NCBI GenBank assembly: GCA_030390025.1
Contig: CM059432.1
Span: 13,206,001 to 13,270,000, forward strand
Origin: Squalus acanthias
Lineage: Eukaryota
Direction of reading: 5' to 3'
Length of the DNA stretch: 64,000 nucleotides
Below, in pieces: positions 50,323-60,816 of this stretch; the stretch's first letter is position 1; each line of letters begins with the position of its first letter. The notes beneath the pieces were generated by a model. The model saw only the letters and a program-made list of their open reading frames with translations, searched no databases and was not told the origin of the DNA. The translations under genes were made by a program, and so were the position numbers.

Positions 50323-50551
50323 CGATAGCAAAATACTGCGGATGCTGGAAATCCGAAATAACAACAGAAAACGCTGGAAAAACTCAGCAGGCCAGGCAGC
50401 ATCCGTGGAGAGAGAAACAGAGTTAACGTTTCAGGTCGAAGACCTTTCGTCAGAACTGGAAAAAAAAGCAGGAAACCGACCTGAAACGTTAACTCTGTTT
50501 CTCTCTCCACGGATGCTGCCTGGCCTGCTGAGTTTTTCCAGCGTTTTCTGT
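50323..50551. mobile_element. Fold-back Penelope pLTR insertion with hammerhead (50421-50457, minus) inside a palindromic MITE (~50275-50665)
   Basis: Perfect 76-bp inverted repeat (50363-50438 / 50477-50552) and an 11-bp TSD ttttactttct. Confidence 0.85.
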
Positions 50552-50841
50552 TTTTACTTTCTATTGATTTCAATGGAATATAAAATCGTGGGCAGCGTGT
50601 AAAATGGGCGGCTGATCTGATCCCGTCAGTTTTGAGTTGGGATGATTAGGTTAAAATTACCCCCCCCCTGTGACTTTGTTGTCTGATCTCTTCTTTGATA
50701 ATTAGCAAGAACGGGTTAATTAATTCACTCAGTAAGTACCTTACTGCGCAGATCCTGTTGGGAGATTGGCAGTGCAAATGCTAATATAATTCAAACTGCA
50801 TGATGTAAGACATTTGGGTAAGCCAGATTTAGGCATCATTA

Positions 50842-50940
50842 GTTCTGATGAAGGGTCATCGACCTGAAACGTTAACTCTGTTTCTCTCTCCACAGATGCT
50901 GCCTGACCTGCTGAGTGTTTCCAGCATTCTCTGTTTTTAT
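50842..50940 (+). mobile_element. 99-bp Penelope pLTR-derived insertion starting at a hammerhead motif
   Basis: 14-bp TSD tttaggcatcatta (50828-50841, 50941-50954); begins gttCTGATGAagggtcatcgacctGAAAcgttaact. Confidence 0.85.
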
Positions 50941-50954
50941 TTTAGGCATCATTA

Positions 50955-51850
50955 ACTCGCCTCCCACATTCTACCCTCTGTAAACTTCAGGTCATCCAAA
51001 ACTCGGCTGCTCGTGTCCTAACTCGCACCAAGTCCCGTTCACCCCTCACCCCTGTGCTCGCTGACCTACATTGGCTCCCGGTTAAGCAACGCCTCGATTT
51101 CAAAATTCTCATCCTTGTTTTCAAATTCCTCCATGGCCTCGCCCCTCCCTATCTCTGTAATCTCCTCCAGCCCTACAATCCTCCGCGATAGCTGCGCTCC
51201 TCCAATTCTGGCCTCTTGAGCATCCCTGATTATAATTGCCTCACCATTGGCAGCTATGCCTTCAGCTGTCAAGGCTCTAAGCTCTGGAATTCCCTCCCTA
51301 AACCTCTCTGCCTCTCTACCTCTCTCTCCTTTAAGACGCTCCTTAAAGCCTACCTCTTTGACCAAGCTTTTGGTCACCTGCCCTAATCGTAGACACAAAG
51401 AGAATATTTCCACATATGGGGAAGAGCAAAACTGGAGGCCATCAATATAAGATAGTCACCAAGAAATCAAATAGGGAATTCAAAAGAAACTTCATTACCT
51501 AAAGAGTGGTGCGAATGTGGAACTCGTTACCACAGGGAGTGGTTGAAGCGAATAGTATAGATACATTTACGGGGAGGCTAGACAAGCATATGAGGGAAAA
51601 GGGAATAGAGGGTTATGCTGATAGAGTTAGATGAGGAAAGACGGGAGGAGGCTCAAGTGGAGCATAAACGCCAGCATGGACTGGTTGGGCCGAATGGCCT
51701 GTTTCTGTGCTGTATATCCTATGTAATCCTATGTATTATCTTCTTATGTGGCTCGGTGTCAAATTTTGTTTGATAACGCCCCTGTGATGCACCTAGGGAC
51801 GTTTTACGACGTTAAAGGCGCTATATAAACACACGTTGTTGTTGTTGTTG
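50955..51850 (+). mobile_element. L2 3' fragment with a CR1 3' fragment (~51390-51735) inserted in its tail
   Basis: The L2 tail ...ttttggtcacctgccctaat resumes as atcttcttatgtggctcggtgtcaaa; the insert matches 12485-12820. Confidence 0.85.
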
Positions 51851-52399
51851 AGTAATAGACGGGGTAGTAAACCCCAGGCGGTTCCTTAACGAGGAGTTAG
51901 ATGAAGAGGTTAAGAATTTTTCTGGTGTCCTTGATGAATATTCATGCCGGGAATATTAATCCCAGTGTTCTTACAATAATGCATCCTGTGCAAATATGTC
52001 CACATAGGATACTTCACATTTCAGCATATTCATGCTCCAAAATTCAGAGGAGCCCAGAGTGGCCACCACACACGTCCAATGTAATCCTGTCAGTGCAATG
52101 GAGACATATAAAAAAGAACGGAATCCCCAGGAGTAGAAACTGTCACTTTGATTGAAGCATACTTTTTGTTCAAGGATTTTAGGAAAACATTCCATCAACA
52201 AAATGGAATAGTTTTCATACCATTTTCTGTGTGAATTTTGTACTTATTGAAGTGAGGGATGTTTGTGCTGGGGAATGGAACACTTTCCACTTCAGGTCAT
52301 AAGTATCTACATCAATCATTCGCAAGTCAGGTCAGGCAAGAGGGTTAAAGCTCCCTCTACTCTAACCCAACAATATGTCTCAGCCCCAATCTCAGAAGG

Positions 52400-53205
52400 A
52401 AAGAAAGAAATAGAAGCAGGAGTAGTGCATACGGCCCCTCGAGCCTGCTCCACCATTCAATAAGATCGTGGCTGATCATCTACCTCAACTCCACTTTCCT
52501 GCACTATCCCCGTATCCCTTGATTCCCCTAGAGTCCAAAAATCTATTGATCTCTGTCTTGAATATACTCAACGACTGAGCATCCACAGCCCTCTGGGGTA
52601 GAGAATTCCAAAGATTCACAACCCTCTGAGTGAAGAAATTTCTCCTCATCTCAGTCCTAAATGGCTGACCCCTTATTCTGATACAGGTTGAGTGTCCCGA
52701 ATCCAGCAACCTCGGGACCGAGGCCGAGCCGGTTTTCGGGTTTTTCCCGGACTTCGGAACGTGTTTCTGATGTCCGAAGTCCAGAAACGCCCGAGCCCAG
52801 GTTGCGATATTTCCGGACTTCGGACATCAGAAACACGTTCCGAGTCCGGAAATGCCTGGGCCCAGGTTGCGATATTTCCAGTTTTTGGTAAGCCTCCCTC
52901 AGGGTGTCCGGATTCCGGAACATTTTACGGATTCCGGACGACCCTGCCACCAATCGTCCCGGAGTCCGGAACATTCCGGAACTCCGGATTTTGGACGCTC
53001 AATCTGTACTATGACCCCTGGTTCTAGACTCCCCAGCCAGGGGAAGTATCCTCCCAGCATTAACCCTGTCAAGCCCCTTAAGAATTTTGTATATTTCAAT
53101 GAGATCACCTCTCATTCTTCTAAACTCTAGGGAATGTAGACCGAGTGCTAATCTACTCAATCTCTCCTTATAGGGCAATCCCCTCATCCCAGAAATCAGT
53201 CTAGT
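52400..53205 (-). mobile_element. CR1 3' fragment split by a Tc1/pogo MITE
   Basis: ORFs 52999-53214 and 52485-52709 are consecutive parts of the CR1 RT C-terminus. Confidence 0.85.
52684..53006. mobile_element. Tc1/mariner-pogo (Tigger-like) MITE
   Basis: TA TSD; TIRs caggttgagtgtcccgaatcc ... ggattttggacgctcaatctg; many tccgga motifs and an internal ~40-bp hairpin. Confidence 0.85.
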
Positions 53206-53207
53206 GA

Positions 53208-53340
53208 AAAGCAAAATACTGCGGATGCTGGAAATCTGAAATAAAAACTGAAAATGCTGGAAACACTCAGCAGGTCAGGCAGCATCTGTGAAGAGAGAAA
53301 CAGAGTTAACGTTGCAGGTCGATGACCTTTCATCAGAACT
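53208..53340 (-). mobile_element. Penelope pLTR-derived short element starting at a hammerhead (GAAA mutated to GCAA)
   Basis: The minus strand begins agttCTGATGAaaggtcatcgacctGCAAcgttaact and ends gcagtattttgctttt. Confidence 0.8.
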
Positions 53341-54544
53341 CCTCTCCTGAAGGAACCTGCTCACAGCTAGGGTACAGTTTCACAGGTATCACTTGCCATC
53401 CAGGACCGCTTGTATCTCACCCAAGTGTCCAATCTTTATGCGCAAGCCTTGACAGTTAGTATTGGCAGGCCATTTAACTGTGGGGTATATCACAGCTACG
53501 CCTGACCCTTGCCCTCACTCGATTACCACACATGCTTATAGCAACCAGGACAAGGGACCCTGATCCCTTTTCCCCTTCCTAACCCATGGATTCCAGAACC
53601 AAGTGGTAGTGCCCGTACTTCTACCTCAGCAGAGAACAGTTAATTCAGCACAGGATCGATCCTGTATGTTCGTTTTAAAGGAATATTCTTGAAAAAGGGC
53701 AACTCCTTTTAAGCATGTGTCAGGAATATGCAAGCCCATAGTTTTTTCTCGAAAGAAATGGGAGCCTGAGGAGATCTACCCCAGAAAGTGTCTGCTGTTA
53801 CATGTTGTCTGTAATACGTATCTCTTTCAGTGCCTGCGTCTTTCTATATGTCTCTATGCACTTATTTGCTCATTAGGATGAGGGCTTTCATTGTTGCAGA
53901 ATTAACCACTTGATTTTTTATTCCCCTTCACACCCAATGACCATACCAAGCACTGCCAGGTCAGGAGGCAGGTTGGATGCAACCATGGGCCTAAACTCCA
54001 ACCCCTAGAGCACACTCCTACAGAACGTGTGACTTTTCCATTTCCTGCACCATCTGGTTTATTGAGTGGACCGAAGGTTAATCATTTTCAGCCCCACTGG
54101 GATTCTGCAGTGAGGAAGTACTGAATTCGAAAAATCAACCCGACCAAATTCCACAGCACGCCACAGTTGCAACTTAAATGGAAAATTCGCTGAAAACAGT
54201 GATTCATTGAACACTTTGCGTTGCTATTGTTGAAAATGCGAAGTGAGTTCTCTGTTCCTGTGTAGCTTTTTTTTTGACAAATGCTTCCACCAACTGACTG
54301 CAGTAATGTACCAAGCTGCATTTGACCGACAGTGGCCAGGAATGTAAAAACGCAGAGAGAGAAAAGCTCCTCTCCTTCAGACACATTGTTCAACAATTCA
54401 CATCACCGTGGGCTCTCCCTAACTTTAATTTATAATTTGTGGTGAATTTCTGTGCTCAAAGTGAGGCAAATGAATGCTAAGAACAGATCCTTTGCCTACC
54501 TCCTGTATCCTATTGTCACCTGGTATCAGCATCAAGTGCGTCCC

Positions 54545-55062
54545 GTCTACCCAGCCTCTGACCTGCTCTTGTTGCCAAAGTATTTATGTGGCTGGTCCAG
54601 TTAAGTTTCTGGTCAATGGTAACCCCCAGGATGTTGATGGTGGGGGATTCGGCGATGGTAATGCCGTTGAATGTCAAGGGGCGGTGGTTAGGCTCTCGCT
54701 TGTTGGAGATAGCCATTGCCCGACACTTCTGTGGCGCGAATGTTACCTGCCACTTATCAGCCCAAGCCTGAACGTCGCCCAGGTCTTGCTGCATGCGGGC
54801 ATGGACTGCTTCATTATCAGAGGAGTTGTGAATGGCACTGAACACTGTGCAGTCATCAGGGAACATCCCCATTTCTGACCTTATGTTGGAGGGAGGGTCA
54901 TTGATGAAGCAGCTGAAGATGGTTGGGCCTAGGACACTGCCCTGAGGAACTCTTGCAGCGATGTCCTGGGCTGTGATGATTGACCTTCAACCACCACAAC
55001 CATCTTCCTTTGTGCTAGGTATGACTCCAGCCAGTGGAGAGTTTGCCCCCCGATTCCCATTG
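54545..55062 (-). mobile_element. CR1-group LINE internal RT fragment
   Basis: Reverse-complement match to 2965-3475 (ORF 54516-54872). Confidence 0.85.
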
Positions 55063-56008
55063 GCTCTTGGTCATTCTTCTTCTCTCCTCATCTAAAGGCA
55101 CTGCCTCATGCTGCGAAGTATTCCATGGTCTCTGGTTCCATGCTTACTTGACCAATCTTCATAAATGAATCAAGACAATGGGGGTCATTTTAACGTAGGG
55201 CGACTGTGTAAAACAGGCAATATCGAATCGGCCGCTAGTTATACATTTCTCCCGATTCTCATTTCCGATGTTTAAAGGGCAGTTGATTCGATATTGTCCA
55301 CTTTGCACTTTCACCCAAAGTTAGAATTACCCCCACTGTGTGTTGGAGGCTATTCAGCTAAGAGATTCAACTATCAGAGTTGAGTCCAATTCTGTCCTCT
55401 ACCCTTTCTAAGGGGAATTATTAGATAGTGATGAGAAGCATGGCTGATATTTCCATTTCCTCGGCCGGGAGTGCTCAGGCCAATTGTACTGCCCCAGTTG
55501 ATGTCCCGGCAGAAATCGAGGCCTCGATCCTAACTCTGGGCGGGTGGGTAACGCAGCGAGTTGGGAACTCACCCGCTGCTCCGGAAATGAAGCTTGGGCT
55601 ACTTTAACTCTTGGGCCTCGCTTCAAACCCACCGGCCGACTTCCCGCCCAGAGCGGGTGGAAAGCTGGCCGGAAGCAGCGGTCCAGAGGCCGCCCGCCAA
55701 CGTGAGGTAGCTGCCGGAGCTCTCTCACGGGAATCTCGTGTTCAGGAAGGGGTGGGGGGGCGGGGACGGGTGGGTGGGCGTTCGAGGCAGGGAAGGCATA
55801 AGCTTTCCTCATGGGTCCCAGAGGTGGCGCTCCCGCTCCTCCCGGCCCCAGAAAGGAGAGGGAAAAAAAAGCATACCTTTTTCCAAACTCTGCTTCTCCC
55901 TGGCAGGTTACGACTGGCTTCCACCTGACGGGAAAGCTGGGGCGGCTGCACCACTCAAGCCTCGGTTACAATTGACCTCACCGGGATCCGGTATGCACTT
56001 GTAAAGAA

Positions 56009-56327
56009 GGGCAACACGGTGGCGTAGTGGTTAGCACTGTTGCCTCACAGCGCCAGGGACCCGGGTTCGAATCCGGCCCCGGGTGACTGTCTGTGTGGAG
56101 TTTGCACATTCTCCCTGTGTCTGCGTGGGTTTCCTCCGGGTGCTCCGGTTTCCTCCCACAGTCCAAAGATGTGCAGGTTAGGTTGATTTGGCTATGATAA
56201 ATTGACCCTTAGTGTTAGGGGGGATTAAATACGTGGGGTTACGGGGAGAGGGTGGGATATGTGTCGGTGCAGGCTCGATGGGCCGAAATGGCCTCTATCT
56301 GCACTGTGGGGATTCTGTGATTCTGTG
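56009..56327 (+). mobile_element. HE1-type V-SINE (tRNA-derived)
   Basis: Box A ggtggcgtagtggt, box B ggttcgaatcc, V-domain ctgtgtggagtttgcacattctcc...gggtttcctccgggtgctccggtttcctccc, and a CR1-like tail (gattctgt)n. It sits inside a GC-rich MITE-like sequence (~55440-56492). Confidence 0.88.
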
Positions 56328-57009
56328 ACCCCACCTGCTTTGGGTGGTCATCCTTTGCCGCCTGCTCAGTCGAGCAGATTAAAATGACGAACGGTGGGAT
56401 TCTGGCGGTTTTACCAGCGGGTAAGTAACCCGGGCGACTTTAAATGTCCACGCGCTCAGTTTTGGCCGGACGGGTAGGGTTAAAATAGCGCCCTCCTCCT
56501 CCACCCCCCCCCCCCCCACCCTGTGGTGTTTTAAGCTGCAGAGAGCCACTGCCGTTCATCAAATGACAACTCTCAGTGGCTGGCAGTTGAAGCGGGTCAG
56601 TGGTAGGAGCTAAGAAACTCAATCTTGGGAGGATTACGTATTGACACAGCTCCTTTCCTTTGTTTTGCTAATTCAATATTGATGTGTATGACATGTGTAA
56701 TGTCTGTGCAAGAAAGTGGATACATGGGTTGCAGAAACGTGATCTATGGAGTTGGTCAGAATGCTGAATGAAAGAGAGGATCCTTTCAGCTGCCCGCTCT
56801 CTGGTTTAAACCAGACGGTTCTGGTTTTGAGTGGAGTGTCCGGAAATTTCCAGAATATAAACTGGATATCAGAAACCTGATTTTTAACCTTGAAATCTAT
56901 TTTTTCCAACCTAGTCTAGTGTCTTATAATCATGTGAAGGTATTAGTTATGAATGCTACTAAGTTATTCAATTAATTTTCAGCAGCATCAAACCAAACAT
57001 CAGAACTCA

Positions 57010-57428
57010 AGCCCCGACCCCACCCACTGCCCTGCCCCGATCACACCCACTGCCCCGACCCCACCCACTGCCCTGCCCCGATCCCACCCACTGCCCTGCC
57101 CCGATCACACCCACTGCCCCGATCACACCCACTGCCCCGATCACACCCACTGCCCTGCCCCGATCCCACCCACTGCCCTGCCCCGACCCCACCCACTGCC
57201 CTGCCCCGATCCCACCCACTGCCCTGCCCTGCCCCGATCCCACCCACTGCCCCGCCCCGATCCCACCCACTGCCCTGCCCCGATCCCACCCACTGCCCTG
57301 CCCCGATCCCACCCACTGCCCTGCCCCGATCCCACCCACTGCCCTGCCCAGATCACACCCACTGCCCTGCCCAGATCACACCCACTGCCCTGCCCCGATC
57401 CCACCCACTGCCCTGCCCCGATCCCACC
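57010..57428. repeat. C-rich ~23-bp minisatellite (cccacccactgccctgccccgat)n with shorter variants
   Basis: Read directly from the sequence; about 18-19 units. Confidence 0.95.
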
Positions 57429-57534
57429 ACTCTTTAGTTTTGGTAATAACACATACCTGGTGATGCTGCACAGGTTCACAAACAACCTGATGGCTGGGGA
57501 GGTGTCCTGCCAAGGTTCATTTGTTAGTAGTGGA

Positions 57535-58420
57535 TCAGTGTTCCATTCGCAACTCCTCAGATAATGAAGCAGTCCATGCTCGCATGCAGCAAGACCTGGA
57601 TGACATTCAGGCTTGGGCTGATAAGTGGCAGGTAACATTCTTACCACACAAGTGCCAGGCAATGACTATCTCCAACAAGAGAGAGTCTAACCACCGCCCC
57701 TTGACATTCAACGGCATTACCATCATCGAATCCCCCACCATCAACATCCTGGGGGTCACCATTGACCAGAAATGCAACTGGACCAGCCACATAAATACTG
57801 TGGCCACAAGAGCAGGTCAGAGGCTAGGTATTCTGCGGCGAGTGTCTCACCTCCTGACTCCCCAAAGCCTTTCCACCATCTACAAGGCACAAGTAAGGAG
57901 TGTGATAGACTACTCTCCACTTGCCTGGATGAGTGCAGCTCCAACAACACTCAAGAAGCTCGACACCATCCAGGACAAAGCAGCCTGCTTGATTGGCACC
58001 CCTTCCACCACCTTAAACATTCATTCCCTCCACCACCGGCGCACCGTGGCTGCAGTGTTTACCATCTACAAGATGCACTGCAGCAACTCGCCAAGGCTTC
58101 TTCAACAGCACCTCCCAAACCCGCGACCTCTTCCACCTAGAAGGACAAGGGCAGCAGACGCATGGGAACACCACCAGCTGCAAGTTCCCCTCCAAGTCAC
58201 AAATCATCCTGACTTGGAAGTATATCGCCGTTCCTTCATCGTTGCTGGGTCAAAATCCTGGAACTCCCTACCTAACAGCACTGTGGGAGTACCTTCACCA
58301 CACGGACTGCAGCGGTTCAAGAAGGCGGCTCACCACCACCTTCTCAAGGGCAATTAGGGATGGGCAATAAATGCTGGCCTTGTCAGCGATGCAACATCCC
58401 ATGAACGAATAAAAATAAAG
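57535..58420 (+). mobile_element. CR1-group LINE, 5'-truncated copy
   Basis: ORF 57521-58357 is nearly identical to the C-terminal part of 2886-4004. Confidence 0.9.
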
Positions 58421-58719
58421 TCGTTGATTCAACTTGAACATGTAAGCGGCAATTGTATAAATTCATGATCCAGAGCACCATTATGGATGGAAATCCTGCA
58501 GGACCTCTGACCTCCATGTGCTAATCCCGGCTATGTGCTCCCAGCCTGCGAATCTGTGTCAGTAATGTGAATTTGTAAAATCTAACCCTAATTTTCTTTG
58601 CTCAGTAAATGTGCCCCATTTTATTATTTTGTATTGTCACTTTATTTTGTATTGACCTCATTTTAAAGTTAAAACTAAGCTGTTTAAAAGCAAACCCAGG
58701 ATTTTTTTCAATTATTTGT

Positions 58720-60000
58720 TCACAGAATGTGGCCAACACTGGCAAGGTTGCATTTAGTGCCCATCCCTAGTTGCCCTGGGATGCTGGTGGTTGGCCACCT
58801 TCTGGAACTGCAGCCCATGTGATGATGGTGCTCCAACATGGTGTTAGGCAGGGAATTCCAGTATTTGACCCAGCCAACATCGTATCTGTAAGATGGCACT
58901 TCCAACAGTACTGCACCGAAGTGGCAGCCTAGATTATGTGCCCAAGCCTCTGGACTGAGGCTTGAGCCCATACCCTTCTGACTCAGAGGTGAGTGTGCTA
59001 CAACTGAGTCAAGGCTGACACCTAATTATTGGTGACATATGAAGGCACTATTGATAACTCCTTCCATCACTTTACTGATAATTGGCAGACGACTGATAGG
59101 GCAGTAATTGGGCAGTTATAAAAATACCTCTTTTTTGTGAATTCTCCACATTATCTGATAGATGCCAGTATCATAGCTACGCTGGAATAGCTGGCTAGGT
59201 GGGTAGCTAGTTATGGTGTGCAGGACTGGATGCGGTAGGGCTACAGAACTTTGCTCTGATCCATTCATTATGGGACCATTTAGCCCTGCAGTTTTTGTCA
59301 TTTAAATGCAGATCGCCCTGTGTTGTAGCTTCACTAGATTGATACCTCATTCTAAGATATGCCTGGTGCTGCTTCTGGCTACACTCCACATTGAAGCAGG
59401 GTTAGTTTACTGGCTTGATAGTGATAATGAGGGGTGCCATGCCGTCAAGTTACAGGTGGTGTTATACAATTCTGCTGCTGCTGTCAACATCCCCTCATAG
59501 ATGCCCAGTTTTGGGTTGCTAGATCTAACCTTAGTTTGTCCCACTTGGCACACCAGTACTGTCACACTATACAATGTAGGATGTCCCCAGTGTGCAGAAG
59601 AAACTTTGTCCTCACAAGCACTATGCAGTGGTCACTCCTATCAATCCTATTGTGCCTGTGACAGGTAGGTCAGTGAGGACAAGGTCAAGTAGGTTACTCC
59701 TCGCGTTGGTTCTCTCACCACTTGACGCAAGCCCAGTCTGGTAGCTATGTCCTTCAGGAAGGAACTAGCTTGGTCATTGGTGGTACTACCAAGCCACCCA
59801 CCCAGAGTATATTCTATGCCCTTAGCTTGCTCCAGGTGGTGTTCAATATAGAGGAGAACTGATTTGTCAGTTGAGGGGTCAGTGAACTGTAGCTGGTGAT
59901 ACTGATCAGCAGAAAATTTCCCTGACCTGAGCCATGAAATGTCTCCACTTTTGGTGGGTCTATCCTGCAGGTGGATAGGATATGCCAAAGTTGCACACCA
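58720..60000 (-). mobile_element. Older, rearranged fragments of the same LINE family (endonuclease/linker and 3' end) plus a SINE head
   Basis: ORF remnants LGLRQVVREPTRG and QKQHQAYLRMR, similar to 2431-2856. Confidence 0.65.
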
Positions 60001-60706
60001 GTCCCCAGATGTTAATAAGGAGGACTGTGCACAGCCAACTGGGCTGAGATTGCCTTATTCTTGTCCTGTTGCCTATTTTCTTCTTATTTGAATTTCGTTG
60101 CTGGATGTCTTTCTTGGTCATTTTAGAGGGCATTAAGAGGTATACGTAGGCCAGATCCAGCAGTACTTAGTGAATCAGCTGAGATTTTATTCAAAAAATG
60201 GCAAGTTAATGGCCATTTCTTTCTGATGCCAGGTTTATTGAATTCTACCATCTCTCTCACACTCTGAAGGTTGCACAAGAGAATGCTTGTTGCCTGATAG
60301 GTGATCTCTCAAATCGTCTCTATATTGCAATTGTTCTCTATTGATACTATGAACTTTCCTACATTCTTCCTTCTTATCTCCAAAGATGTTATTCTCTGCC
60401 TTCTCCCTACTGCATTGAAATTAAAAGTCGTGACTCAAATTCCTTCCTTCCTCGGATCTCAAAGCTGTGCAACTCCTTATCTCCTTCAATGTTCCCTTCC
60501 TCCTTCATTCCTGAAGCTATTAAAACTTGAGGTTGGCATCACCTAGTCACTATTTCATGATCTACCTTATCTTTTATTCTTTTTAACCTTGGTAGTGTCC
60601 TCTTGGATTCTCAATTTTTTTTTTAAAAGCTTTGTGATCGGACAGCATTTCACACAATAACTTCATTAACTGGTGATATAATTTCAGGTGAACGAGTATT
60701 ACTTAC

Positions 60707-60816
60707 TGATTCTTTCAAAGAGCTCTCCAACATTAATGGCATTTTTTGCACTTGTTTCAACAAAAATCGCATTTATGAACTTAACGTATTCAAGGGCATC
60801 CTTCACTGTAACCTCT
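60707..60816 (-). CDS. RAB31: Ras-related protein Rab-31, penultimate coding exon (110 bp)
   Basis: Acceptor ctttgctgttccag and donor gtaagt. Encodes (R)EVTVKDALEYVKFINAIFVETSAKNAINVGELFERI(S) with the G5 ETSAK motif, and splices in frame (A|GC = Ser) to 28115. Confidence 0.95.

Noticed and set aside
56009..56085. tRNA gene
   Set aside because: The tRNA-like head continues directly into a V-SINE body and tail, with no oligo-T terminator.
21215..57428. CRISPR-like arrays or repeat proteins at the 54-, 15- and 23-bp repeats
   Set aside because: The units are contiguous with no unique spacers and no cas genes, and the context is eukaryotic. The repetitive ORFs (WDRLE, YPTLI, CPDPTH) are by-products.
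28018..60816. RAB22A as alternative identity
   Set aside because: The C-terminal QIPPLDP...KV...RCC pattern fits RAB31 as I recall it, not the RAB22A tail.
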